The notes under the pieces were generated by a model that was given only the letters and a program-made list of their open reading frames with translations, was not told the origin of the DNA and did not search any database. From the NCBI GenBank assembly GCA_002269645.1, contig NIVC01000029.1:1240001-1304000 (forward strand): a stretch of 64,000 bases of DNA, written 5' to 3'. Shown piece after piece: positions 49,301 through 62,561 of this stretch. A program made the position numbers and the translations under genes. The stretch is from Macrostomum lignano. Its lineage: Eukaryota. Each line of letters opens with the position of its first letter. The first letter of the stretch is position 1.

Positions 49301-52300
49301 ATATATTATATGCCTTACTTAGTGGCCCATCTAGTTATTTTAGTATCTTTGCAAACTACATAGTAAGAAGCATATGCAAAAGTTGTGCGTAAATTATTTG
49401 ATAAGATTATTTTTTCGATATTAAATAAAAAAGATGCTAAACAATCTGCTAATAGTACCATTAAATGCTAATTTCTAAATAATAAAAGTAACAACCAGTG
49501 CATTAAAAGTGCAATTATTATTATTATCATATTTCATAATAAACTGAAGTTTATAATTACAGCTATATATTGGAGCAGTGCGCAGCAGACAGAAGGAAAG
49601 CTGATTGCAGTTTTGCAACAAATGGAGGATGTGGGCAAAGGTTTGAAATCGAGTAAAATCTTATAGCTAAGCAGACTCTCTTTTCGCACTACCTGCTAGC
49701 AGCTGTTGATTGTTGCTGCGATGGCTGAAATCGCCTAGCATTAACAGGCCCTTGTGTTGGCTTTCTTAATTGCTGCTTCTGCTGTTGCTGATGCTGATCT
49801 TGTACTGAGGAGCTGCAAGCGAGCGTGCCATATTGATACATAATACTTGCATATTTTTTTAATAATTCAATCCGACTATGCAATATATTTAGAATCATTA
49901 GTTAATACAAACTTAAGCAACAGCATAGTGTAAGGGCAAGCTGAAAACCTCTGATGCTTATTTTGGAATAATTAACTTTCTGTTGTGCTTAGTGCGATGT
50001 AGACTAGGTTTAGTGTAATTCCCTATTGTGTTTTTGTGTAATTCCCTATTTGTGGTTTAGTGTAATTCCCTATTTGTGGTTTAGTGTAATTCCCTATTGT
50101 GTTTTTGTGTAATTCCCTATTGTGTTTTTGTGTAATTCCCTATTGTGTTTTTGTGTAATTCCCTATTTGTGGTTTAGTGAAATTCCCTATTGTGTTTTAG
50201 TGTAATTCCCTATTGCGTTTTAGTGTAATTCCCTATTGTGTTGTAGTGTAATTCCCTCTTGTGGCTTTGTATAATTCCCTATTGTAATTTGTGTAATTCC
50301 CTATTGTGGTTTTGTGTGATTCCCTATTGTGGTTTAGTGTAATTCCCTACTGTGGTTTAGTGTAATTTCCTTGTGTTTTAGCGCAATTCCCTATTGTGTT
50401 TTAGCGTAATTCCCTATTGTGTTTTAGTGTAATTCCCTACTGTGTTTTAGCGTAATTCCCTATTGTGTTTTAGTGGAATTCCCTATTGTGTTTTAGTGTA
50501 ATTCCCTACTGTGGTTTAGTGTAATTCCCTATTGTGGTTAAGTGGAATTCCCTATTGTGTTTTAGTGTAATTCCCTACTGTGTTTTAGCGTAATTCCCTA
50601 TTGTGTTTTAGTGGAATTCCCTATTGTGTTTTAGTGTAATTCCCTACTGTGGTTTAGTGTAATTCCCTATTGTGGTTAAGTGGAATTCCCTATTGTGTTT
50701 TAGTGTAATTCCCTACTGTGTTTTAGCGTAATTCCCTATTGTGTTTTAGTGGAATTCCCTATTGTGTTTTAGTGTAATTCCCTACTGTGGTTTAGTGTAA
50801 TTCCCTATTGTGGTTTAGTGTAATTCCCCATTGTGATTTACGAGCTATTTGTAATTCTCTATTGAGGTTTAGTACAATTCCCTACATAATAGGTATAATG
50901 CTCTGTAGGAATAGAATAGTTTTAATAATCTTCTATTGAAACTTCATATGATACCAGTAGTATGATTAATAATGTCAGTTATGACGTCATCTTTAGATGC
51001 GCGACGTTAGTATCAATCAAATTCAAGGATGCATTCATAAAGACAGAACACCCGATGAAAACGGTACCTAAGACACGAAGCGTCCCAGGTAACACAGGTA
51101 CTCGTAAAATAGGAAAGATGTCATGGTACATATCGCCAAAAAGTCGTCAGAGTCACCTAAGAGTAAATTTGAGCCGTTTCGATCTGAGACGACTCTGGGA
51201 CCGTAAAGTAATATTTTGAGGCGTGCTAGAGTCGCTGTAGAATCACTGAGTTGAGCTCTTATCACGGGTAACGCTTTCAACGGGTAATTACATATTAACA
51301 CAGCATGCAAAAAGTAAGGAACGATTAACAACAGAATAAAAAAATAACATTATTCATGTTTTATCAAGGAAGTTAGCGAATTAAAATGCTATCATATTAT
51401 AGAATCGTTAAACGTGAACATTCACCGTGAACTGGGCAAGTCAAGCTGAATCTATATAGATATTTACTGTAATAAAACAGCACAAAATGAGACACTTACG
51501 GAGACGAGCTAGGCCTGTGATGCGCTCCTGCCCTGGCCGGTCTCATCAGCAGGGGCATAGGCAGGTTGGGCTGCTGCTGTTGCGGATCGGCGGTTGTTTT
51601 TAACTTTGCCAGCATCGGCATATCGACGCGTTGTCTGGGCGTTGATTGGAAATCTTCTCCCGCCGATGCCTGCTGCGGTGATAGGGGAAGAGATCCGCGT
51701 CTCTGGTGCTGCTGCTGTTGCTGTTGCTGTTGTTGCTGTTGTTGTTGTTGCTGCTGCTGCTGCTGCTGCTGGTCGAGCGTAGGAGAAGGCGAATCAGCCT
51801 CGCCATCCTGACCAGGCGACCGATCCGTAGTTGAAGTCTTTCGCAGGTGCCGCTTCACCTGAGTTGAATCAATTTAATTATCATAGAATATAAACGCATT
51901 GGTCAATAGGCTTTTCTAACTATTTGGACTGTTGACTTTACACGACTGAATGGGGGGGGGGCACCAACACTGGTTTCTTAGCCCATAGAAGGTAAAGAGG
52001 GAACTGATAGAAAGGGTAAAGAGGGAGCTGATAGAGGGTAAAGAGGGAGCTGATAGAGAGTAAAGAGGGAGCTGATAGAGAGAGTAAAGAGGGAGCTGAA
52101 AGAGGGTAAAGAGGGAGCTGATACAGAGGGTAAAGAGGGAGCTGATAGAGAGGGTAAAGAGGGAGCCGATGGAGGGTAAAGAGGGAGCTGATAGAGAGGG
52201 TAAAGAGGGAGCTGATAGAGAGAGTAAAGAGGGAGCTGATAGAGAGAGTAAAGAGGGAGCTGATAGAGAGGGTAAAGAGGGAGCTGATAGAGAGGGTAAA

Positions 52301-55300
52301 GAGGGAGCTAATAGAGAAGGTAAAGAGGGAGCTGATAGAGAGGGTAGAGGGAGCTGATAGAGAGGGTAAAGAGGGAGCCGATGGAGGGTAAAGAGGGAGC
52401 TGATAGAGAGGGTAAAGAGGGAGCTGATAGAGAGAGTAAAGAGGGAGCTGATAGAGAGTAAAGAGGGAGCTGATACAGAGGGTAAAGAGGGAGCTGATAG
52501 AGAGAGTAAAGAGGGAGCTCATAGAGGGTAAAGAGGGAGCCGATAGAGAGGGTAAAGAGGGAGCCGATAGAGAGGGTAAAGAGGGAGCTGATATAGAGGG
52601 TAAAGAGGGAGCTGATAGAGAGGGTAAAGAGGGACCTGATAGAGAGGGTAAAGAGGGAGCTGATAGAGAGGGTAAAGAGGGAGCTGATAGAGAGGGTAAA
52701 GAGGGAGCTGATAGAGAGGGTAGAGGGAGCTGATAGAGAGGGTAAAGAGGGAGCCTATGGAGGGTAAAAAGGGAGCTGATAGAGAGGGTAAAGAGGGAGC
52801 TGATAGAGGGTAAAGAGGGAGCTGATAGAGAGGGTAAAGAGGGAGCTGATAGAGAGGGTAAAGAGGGAGCTGATAGAGAGGGTAAAGAGGGAGCTGATAG
52901 AGAGAGTAAAGAGGGAGCTGATAGAGGGTAAAGAGGGAGCTGATAGAGGGTAAAGAGGGAGCCGATAGAGAGGGTAAAGAGGGAGCTGATAGAGAGGGTA
53001 AAGAGGGAGCTGATAGAGAGGGTAAAGAGGGAGCTGATAGAGGGTAAAGAGGGAGCTGATAGAGAGGGTAAAGTGGGAGCTGATAGAGAGGGTAGAGGGA
53101 GCTGATAGAGAGGGTAAAGAGGGAGCCGATGGAGGGTAAAGAGGGAGCTGATAGAGAGGGTAGAGGGAGCTGATAGAGAGGGTAAAGAGGGAGCTGCTAG
53201 AGGGTAAAGAGGGAGCTGATAGAGAGGGTAAAGAGGGAGCTGATAGAGAGGGTAAAGAGGGAGCTGATAGAGAAGGTAGAGGGAGCTGATAGAGAGGGTA
53301 AAGAGGGAGCTGACAGAGAGGGTAAAGAGGGAGCTGATAGAGAGGGTAAAGAGGAAGCTGATAGAGAGGGTAAAGAGGGAGCCGATAGAGAGGGTAAAGA
53401 GGGAGCTGATAGAGGGTAAAGAGGGAGCTGATAGAGAGGGTAAAGTGGGAGCTGATAGAGAGGGTAAAGAGGGAGCCGATAGAGAGGGTAAAGAGGGAGC
53501 TGATAGAGAGGGTAAAGAGGGAGCTGATAGAGAGGGTAAAGAGGGAGCTGATAGAGAGGGTAAAGAGGGAGCCGATGGAGGGTAAAGAAGGAAGCTGACA
53601 TAGAGGGGGGTGCGTAAAGCATCGAATATATTATTATATTTTACTAATTACTTGCAGCAGGTGTATATAAATTTAGGGATTGGTGCTAGTGTTAAATTTC
53701 TAGGCATAATTCTAGTGCTGCTATCTCAGTTTGTTATTTAATCTGTTTTTAAAATAGGTTTTGTAAATAAACTTTAATGCAAACTATAATATTTCTAACT
53801 TCGCGGTTTACGGCATTGACAACTTTCACTGTCAATTTCATGTAAAACGAATACATTTATAAATTATAAACTAATCGTTTAAATCAATCATTTTAAATCA
53901 AAACACGTTCTAGAAATTAAAATCAATAGTAACTGAGGCGATATGCTTTGGAAAACCTGTAAGGTTGTACCATCCCTTTTTACCTTCTTTTCTGTCAGCT
54001 CTTTACCCTCTATCAGCTCCCTCTTTACCCTCTCTATCAGCTCCCTCTTTACCCTCTCTATCAGCTCCCTCTTTACCCTCTCTATCAGCTCCCTCTTTAC
54101 CCTCTCTAACAGCTCCCTCTTTACCCTCTCTATCAGCTCCCTCTTTACCCTCTCTATCAGCTCCCTCTTTACCCTCTCTATCAGCTCCCTCTTTACCTTC
54201 TCTATCAGCTCCCTCTTTACCCTCTCTATCAGCTCCCTCTTTACCTTCTCTATCAGCTCCCTCTTTACCCTCTCTATCAGCTCCCTCTTTACCCTCTCTA
54301 TCAGCTCCCTCTTTACCCTCTCTATCAGCTCCCTCTTTACCCTCTCTATCAGCTCCCTCTTTACCCTCTCTATCGGCTCCCTCTTTACCCTCTCTATCGG
54401 CTCCCTCTTTACCCTCTATGAGCTCCCTCTTTACTCTCTCTATCAGCTCCCTCTTTACCCTCTGTATCAGCTCCCTCTTTACTCTCTATCAGCTCCCTCT
54501 TTACTCTCTCTATCAGCTCCCTCTTTACCCTCTCTATCAGCTCCCTCTTTACTCTCTCTATCAGCTCCCTCTTTACCCTCTCTATCAGCTCCCTCTTTAC
54601 CCTCTCTATCGGCTCCCTCTTTACCCTCTCTATGGGCTCCCTCTTTACCCTCTCTATCAGCTCCCTCTTTACCCTCTCTATCAGCTTCCTCTTTACCCTC
54701 TCTATCAGCTCCCTCTTTACTCTCTATCAGCTCCCTCTTTACTCTCTCTATCAGCTCCCTCTTTACCCTCTCTATCAGCTCCCTCTTTACTCTCTCTATC
54801 AGCTCCCTCTTTACCCTCTCTATCAGCTCCCTCTTTACCCTCTCTATCAGCTCCCTCTTCACCCTCTCTATCAGCTCCCTCTTTACCCTCTCTATCAGCT
54901 CCCTCTTTACCCTCTCTATCAGCTCCCTCTTTACCCTCTCTATCAGCTCCCTCTTTACCCTCTCTATCAGCTCCCTTTTTACGCTCTCTATCAGCTCCCA
55001 CTCTACCTTCTCTTTACCTTGAAAGTATACCGTCAAGAGTACCAAGGATAAAATGCTTATTGGTTGAATTCAATATCAACGGCCACACCCAAATTTCGGC
55101 TGTCTCTCTGTCTTTCTCCTCCCACTCCCCGTACCCCAATCCATTAGAAAATAGATGTATCTATGCGTCATGACAATACTCAAGCATAATAAGCATTTAT
55201 AATATGCTAATTGATATGCAACAGCATAGGGGACAGCAGGACTAAGGCAGTGGTAAATACTGCCACACACAAGTATTGTATATACACAATATTCTAGAAC

Positions 55301-58300
55301 CCAAGTTTCATGTCACTTTGTACACCAATAAGAGTAAGACAGCCCCCCCCCAACCCAACCAAGGGCTATAATTTAAGAGCTAACCCATAACCTTGTGTTT
55401 ACTGAATGCTTCAAAACTATACCAGAAGATCTAGGGGGTTGGAGTGGGGTTGGGGGGCTTCTACTTCGGTTAGTTGCTCTGGTCAGTCACGGCAGCAAGA
55501 ATTCTAAATTTATATTTATTGAAAACCGCTGGCACACTGAGCAACTGAAAATTCTACGAACGAGAACGAGAAGGACAGACACCGAGGGACAGAGAGACAG
55601 AGAGACACACTAACCAAAACCATCATATACATATTATACAGAATCTGTACCCCTCTATATGCCTCTTTTTAGGTACTAATCATAAAGTACAATACATGCA
55701 TAAGCCTAGCTAGCTACTCACTAGTCCTGGTGTATATCATATGAAATATTTGGATATTAGATTTAAAATGTTCTCGAAAGGCGAGACCTACGGATAAGAA
55801 AGAATCAAGTAGAATATAAAGGCTGTATTTTTACGACATCGCTATTGCCATGCACCGCTTATAATAATTAACGATTTAAGAGTCGCATTAGGGCGAAAAA
55901 ATAGCAATAAAAAACTCCAAAGTTAATTAGTTTTACCTTACCAAGGAAACCCAATTCACTAAACCAACTTTGGAAGGCTTAGAATCTCGTTTTTTACGCG
56001 TCCTTAGCATATTTTTATATTTCCCAGAATCAATTCTAAATAACAGTGTTAAATTATTAAACAATTTAAAAAAACTTCACAGATAAAAAGTGCAGCATTT
56101 ACGGCATTGTACTAATAGTTGTCTACAGGATCTGAAACATTTTCTTAACCAGGTCACTCAGAGTGGAAGGTAGCTGTTACAGTTGTCTACTCTCTCTCTC
56201 TCTCTCTCCTCTAGACGAGTAAGAGACAAAAAAGAGAGCAATGATTCTGCACAAAAAGCAGCAAGCCAGCGAAGGCCAGAAAAAGACACCGAAAGAAAAT
56301 TTTTAAATGCATAAAAAATAATATTTGGCTCTATCTCGCACCGAGTGTGCAGTGTCCCTTATTCGTGCTATATCCTTATCTCGAGCGCCCACATGCACAC
56401 AGATCGAAAGCTACACGGGCAGCCAGCATAGGCGCATATCAAACACGACACAAGCAGCCATATAAGCTCTAGTTGTACGGCTAGTGTATGAAATAACTTT
56501 CCTTCGTAGACGGACTGTAGCAGCCACAATCGAAACTCGAACAGGGGAAAGGGTGTGTAAAGAAAGTCTTGACAGTGAGAGCAGCGGATAGGGGAATCAT
56601 TAGCGAAGAATAGAGGATTAAGGTGGCGGAGTGAAACGAAAAACTATAACAGGTTGAGCAAAGGACTTGTGGATTATGGGCCGGAACGTAGGACGATAGG
56701 TTTTAGAACAGTGGATTAATGGGAGCTCACAGGATCAGAGGTAGAACGGAGGTTGTAGGGGTGGAACGGAGGATTTAGGGGCAGAACGGAGGATTTAGGG
56801 GCAGAACGGAGGATTTGGGGGTGGAACGGAGGATTTAGGGGCAGAACGGAGGATTTAGGGGCAGAACGAAGGATTTAGGGGTGGAACGGAGGATTTAGGA
56901 ACAGAACGGAGGATTTAGGAACAGAACGGAGGATTTAGGAACAGAACGGAGGATTTAGGGGCGGAACGGAGGATTTAGGGGCAGAACGGAGGATTTAGGG
57001 GCAGAACGGAGGATTTAAGGGGTGGAACGGGGGATTTAGGGGCGGAACGGAGGATTTAGGAACAGAACGGAGGATTTAGGAACAGAACGGAGGATTTAGG
57101 AACAGAACGGAGGATTTAGGAACAGAACGGAGGATTTAGGAACAGAACGGAGGATTTAGGGGCGGAACGGAGGATTTAGGGGCGGAACGGAGGATTTGGG
57201 GGCAGAACGGAGGATTTAGGGGCAGAACGGAGGATTTGGGGGCGGAACGGAGGATTTAGGGGCAGAACGGAGGATTTAGGGGCAGAACGGAGGATTTAGG
57301 GGCAGAACGGAGGATTTAGGGGCAGAACGGAGGATTTAAGGGGTGGAACGGGGGATTTAGGGGCAGAACGGAGGATTTAGGGGCAGAACGGAGGATTTAA
57401 GGGGTGGAACGGGGGATTTAGGGGCGGAAGGGAGGATTTAGGGGCAGAACGGAGGATTTAGGGGCGGAACGGAGGATTTAGGGGCAGAACGGAGGATTTA
57501 GGGGCCTGATTGCAGCGCATGGGCATTTTGGCGGACGGCGTCCGGCGCGGATCTAATACGGCGCGGCGCGGCGCATACGCGCGCGGCGATTAGTACGGCG
57601 CGGCGCAGTACTAATTAGATGCCGAGGCATTTAGGCTTGATAAGACAGTCATAGTTACTCCTGCCGTTTACCCAAAACTGCGTTAACTTTGCTTTAGGTT
57701 TCTTTCACAGGTAAGTCATTTCACAGCGTGGCGCAGGTTGTGTAGGCGTCTGGCGTACTTAAGCCATGCGCTGCAATAGGGTTTAGGGGCGGAACGGAGG
57801 ATTTAGGGGCGGAACGGGGGATTTAGGGGCGGAAGGGAGGATTTAGGGGCAGAACGGAGGATTTAGGGGCGGAACGGAGGATTTAGGGGCAGAACGGAGG
57901 ATTTAGGGGCGGAACGGAGGATTTAGGGGCAGAACGGAGGATTTAGGGGCGGAACGGAGGATTTAGGGGCAGAACGGAGGATTTAAGGGGTGGAACGGGG
58001 GATGTAGGCGTGGGACGGAGGATTTAGGGTAGAATGGGGGATGTAAGGGCGGAACGGAGGATTCAGGGGTGGAACCGAGGATTCAGGATTCAGTTTCACA
58101 ACAACAATCAACAGTTCCAGAAAAGCAATTAAAAAATTAGACTGTTAAAACTACCTGCAAGAACTCCGGTCCCTCGGCGCCGCCGCCATTCTGTCTAGTT
58201 GAACCAGCATTCGAAGGTGGCGACGGCGTCAGTGAAGAGCTGCGGCGCTCCTGTGGTGGCGGCTCAGACGATTCTCGGGGCCGTTTCAAAGACGACGAAG

Positions 58301-58514
58301 ACGCTGGCGAATGATGTAACTGATGCTGCTGCTGCTGCTGCTGCAAGGGCGGAGACATCAAAGCAGCCTCCACCGCAGCCGCCGACGCCTCATCGCTAGC
58401 TCCCGGCTCCAATGGGACAACGCGGCCGGCAAGAAACATTTGACGAATTCTGGCCACCCGACCGACTGGGAGAGCCATCGGCTCTGCGGCTGCTGGGAGA
58501 CTGGCGTCCGCCAT
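43367..58514 (-). CDS. PPP1R9A: Neurabin/spinophilin-like PP1 regulatory subunit (actin-binding, PP1-binding, PDZ, coiled-coil, SAM); exons 58514-58155, 51858-51500, 49812-49693, 48775-48536, 47083-46582, 45604-45270, 44764-43367
   Basis: [10 protein letters not shown]; [12 protein letters not shown]; [22 protein letters not shown]; [28 protein letters not shown]|[16 protein letters not shown]; KYRKAKRLL; C-terminal SAM. All junctions are in phase; one frameshift near 44347-44350. Confidence 0.92.
44805..45195. repeat. 27-bp minisatellite CCTCTCATTGTCACTCTGAATGACTCA
   Basis: Tandem copies in neurabin intron 6. Confidence 0.95.
45668..46410. repeat. 21-bp minisatellite CTACCTGAATCTCACTGTCTT
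   Basis: Tandem copies in neurabin intron 5. Confidence 0.95.
47270..48490. repeat. 47-bp minisatellite ATGAGACACAAGTTCCGATGAGTCATCAATCAATGCTATGACCTCAC
   Basis: About 26 copies in neurabin intron 4. Confidence 0.95.
48915..49351. mobile_element. ~440-bp hAT-like MITE, copy 2
   Basis: Same TIRs and body as 27045-27493; 8-bp TSD CCAACTAC / CAAACTAC. Confidence 0.8.
50010..50882. repeat. 23-bp minisatellite TAGTGTAATTCCCTATTGTGTTT
   Basis: Tandem copies in neurabin intron 2. Confidence 0.95.
51990..53600 (+). repeat. 24-bp minisatellite GGGTAAAGAGGGAGCTGATAGAGA (left arm)
   Basis: More than 60 copies. Confidence 0.97.
53990..55015 (-). repeat. Same 24-bp minisatellite in inverted orientation (right arm)
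   Basis: TCTCTATCAGCTCCCTCTTTACCC, about 42 copies. Confidence 0.97.
56750..58085. repeat. 20-bp minisatellite GGGGCAGAACGGAGGATTTA, interrupted at 57505-57781
   Basis: Tandem copies on both sides of an insertion. Confidence 0.95.
57505..57781. mobile_element. 277-bp MITE inserted in the 20-bp minisatellite
   Basis: Perfect 14-bp IR ATTGCAGCGCATGG / CCATGCGCTGCAAT (16/18 to the ends); removing the element and one TTTAGGGG restores a normal repeat unit. Confidence 0.8.
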
Positions 58515-61500
58515 CTTCTAGCTCTAGCGCCAGTTAAGTGCACAGTGTTATATACAAGTGGAACCAACGCACTCCTCTATTAGTATAACTAAACTGTGTC
58601 AAGATTATAATTTTATGGACAGGAGAGCAGCTGGAGATTGGCTTGTTGGAGTTGTGGCGAGCAGCAGAGAGAGTGAACTGCGCGCCATAAATAATGAGGG
58701 AATTTTATAAATCATTTATGAGGGAGGAACTATTATTTAAAACCTTTAAGTCTTGGACACCTATATGAATTACAAAAACTAGTCTCTTACAAGTAAACTT
58801 TTTTTAAAGTTCAAAATAGTAGTAGTAGCAATAACTATAATTAAAGACACAAAATTAAATACACATTGGATTATACTAATTATAAGAAATACTAATTGCT
58901 AAGATGAAATAAAAAGTAAAAAGAAAAGACCCTAGAATCAGAAACTAGGGTGATAAAATCCCTTTATTCATAAAAATAATAATCTTAGCATCATTGGGAT
59001 GCTAAATATTATTGAGACCTATTTTAATTCTAAAAAAGTTAAATATATTTGATCATTTGATTATGATAAAAAACTATGTATAGAATTTATATTTTGTATA
59101 ATTTTATTAAGTCCTTGCTTTCTTTGTTAATTTATTTCTTTAGAGAACAAATTTTTTTTAATTCTTTTACTTATTTTATTGTAGTATCTATACTCATAAA
59201 AAAGCTGTTTATTGAAAAAAATCTTGTATATAGTCTTAGATATTATATTGTATGCATAGTATACAATAAGGAGAGTCTTAAAAATTTCTTGCATACTAGA
59301 CATACTATTAACAATATTACATCATTATATGATAATATTTTCTAGACCTAGCTTTGATGACCCTTTGATGACCCCTTAAGTTTCCCTTAGCCTTAGTCTA
59401 ACAACATATAATAAGTTACAATCTAAGCTCTGAATTAAATTTTTATAACATAAAAAAAGATAGTGTATATTTAAAACTAACTATAGTATAGGGTTATTAG
59501 CATTAGGGCATTTTAAGAAATATATTGCTAAAGTAATTGTTTGTTATATATAGATAGTTTTAATGTTATAATAAAAGCCTCTTAAAGGTTGCTAAGTTAA
59601 TATATATTGAATATAGTATATCCACAACACCTAGCCAAGCTAGTTGATCTAGCCTATTGGCAGAGGCCAAAGGGACCAACCAAGGTAAATCACAAAATTA
59701 TGCACCCAAAAATATAGACATAGTAGTACAGTTAATATAATAAGGCATTTAGCTTTAATAATATAGTTATAGTTATTCCTGCTATTACCTTGAAATTACA
59801 TTAACTTCTGCTTGAAGCTAACTTTTATAGGTAAGTCACATTTTGGTAAAAAAGTAAGTTGTATGCCAATGTAAATTAAAATTGCACTTGCACATTTATG
59901 ATATAGAACTTACTTTTATATAATATGTTAGAATTTGATTTGAATTAAAGATAAAAATATTATCTAAATATACTTACATTACTAAATGTTCACCTAGGCT
60001 TTCTTACAAGAATAAAGAATTGAAAATTAGCTTGAAATATTCTAACAATAGTTTTTTTTATTAAGCCCTAGGCCTACCCTTAACATAACACTGTTATTGA
60101 TCTATGGCTAACAGGCTAGATCTTATAACAATGTACAATGATTTTTATTACCTTTTTGTGAATATTAAATGATTTGTTAAAAACCTTTGTCTTTTGTTAA
60201 AAGATGTTTGCTAAAAGTTTAAAGGTTATGTCTTGACCTAAGTTGATAGTCTCATGATTATCAACAAACTGATATCTATCAATTCAAATATTGATATATC
60301 CAACAGAGCTAAAAAGTCCTTGTTAATCTAATAGGCCTAATATTGAGTATTTGGGCAAAATGTTAAATATGCTAAGTTTAATTATTTTATTTGGCATTTT
60401 GCAAACTCCTTTTAATAGGCCTAATTTACTATTTTATTTTATCTTTATTTATTTATTTATTTATTTTAAGATGACTACTATAAAACTTTTGATAGGCCTA
60501 AAACAACCTGCTTTTAAGAATAAACTTTTAGCAAATTGACTACTGGCAAACTAACTAATTATTTTTTCTCTATTGGCAAATAGGTCTAAAACAACTTTTT
60601 CTAGTAGACAAAAAGATATAGGTCCCAGTTATATAGTCTTAACCTATAACTATAGTATATAGCAATCTTCTCTAAGGTTGGCTACATTGATTAGCTAGAC
60701 TAATATTCTCTATGAGGCAATATATATTATTATAATATTGACATCAATGACAAACATGTGCTTTTAATACCCTATATCAATAGATAATGATGATATTTTG
60801 GCTCATGTCATTTATAAAAAAAATAATTATATAGGTCCTAGCTAGACCCTATGGCTATGTATTAGTGTGCAGTCATTTTTTCTGCTGCCTTTTCATCTGC
60901 CAGCAAATGAAAATGACTTTAAAAAGAAAAAAGAAAATAGGCCTATAGTTATATAATAATTGTTATTAGTCTTATTGGATATATATTGGGCCTAGTTAGC
61001 TCAATACATTCTTTCTTGTGCTTAAAGCCATGTTCCTTGACTATGGTCTAATATGATAGGCCTAACTACCCATGGATGTTTAAAGAAATTTGATACAAAT
61101 AAGATATTCAATAATTTTCTGAAGGGAAAATTTAGGAAAAAGTTTATGCCTATGCTAAGTATTAGCCTATTAGGCTAGGACGATTAACCTAATAAAGAAA
61201 CTGGATTTTCCCATGAGGGCCTAAGGCTAAGGCTCTTAGCCCTAAAAGCTATGACTAGGCCTATAGCTAACAACTCCAGTTGCAATGCAGCAGCAAAGTC
61301 CAAGAAAACAAGTTAACAAGCTATTACAATGAAATACTATCATCATAAAAACAAAATCAAAGACAGTAGTTTGTGTTGTTATTTGGTCAACTTTTTTGTT
61401 TCGTCATTTGAACAGTAGTCCTAGTCCTAGCCCAAGGGTCTAACCCAAGGGCTAACCTGTCCTAACTCTAAGCAAGGTTGAACTATTACACAGGTCTGCA

Positions 61501-62561
61501 TGTCGATGTCATATACAGAATGAATTTATTTTAAATTTACTTTCAACAGTTTTAATATCTTAAGAACTATTGCAAAACTTATGAATTTTATATCATATTT
61601 GACACAATAAACACCTAAATAAGTCCATCCGTGAGATTAAACAGGAGGTTAATTTTAAGGCACTAAATTAACCAAACTCATTTTCCTGCGATTTAAATTA
61701 GTGCGGATAAGATATAGTTATGTGATAAAACAAAATGGTACAAGTTAGCTGTCTGTTTAAAAGCTTTCATAGGTTTAAGTAGCTTTAGAAAAATTACAAT
61801 TTTTTTTGTTTGCATTAAAAAATTGCCATATTTTAATAGATTTCAATAGTCTTCGAAAAGGAGCCACGCCCTGTTAATAAGCGCATCAGGCATAATCCTC
61901 TTTGATGTATACTCTTTAAAAGGGAATTAAAGCAGTATTAATGTACTCTGCACTGAAGAGAATGATTGGAGTCCATGGTTCGCTCCGCTGGCTCGATCTA
62001 TGCTACTTTAAGCTATAAAAGCTTATCGGCCTATCGTGGAGTTTCGGGTGGTAAATATTAATCAAATGAATGAATGAAATGTGCTTAGAAAAAGCGCACT
62101 GAAGCTCAATTTCGAGTTTTTTTAAATAAATTTTCTTTCTTATGCCAACCTTCAACAATAAACGGTTAACTATCAAAATAAAAAGGCTTACTTTTCAACT
62201 GGATTAAGCTGTTTTAAATTGTTTTTAATCTCCATCAATGAAATAAGCCATACGGCTGCTGCCATACGGCTGCTGCCAACGGCAACAGACTGGGGTAGTA
62301 ATAAAAATGAATAAAACGAGAGAACAAAAATAGCTCGTCTTTTATCCAAGAAGAAAGTTGAGATACAACCAGCCATTTCTTTCTTCATTGCCACTTCTTC
62401 ACCGTCTTGTTTATTTATTCATTTTTGACTAAACCAAATCAAGCAACACCAAAATATGCACACGAATGCACAAGCCTTATCTGTTCTTAGAAAATCAGCT
62501 AGTTTTATTAATCTGACACTAAAATCAAGTATTACGGTCACCGTGTTCACAAACCGTCAGT

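Noticed and set aside
62188-62394. 69-aa ORF downstream of RPL4
   Set aside because: No recognizable homology; AT-rich UTR-like composition.
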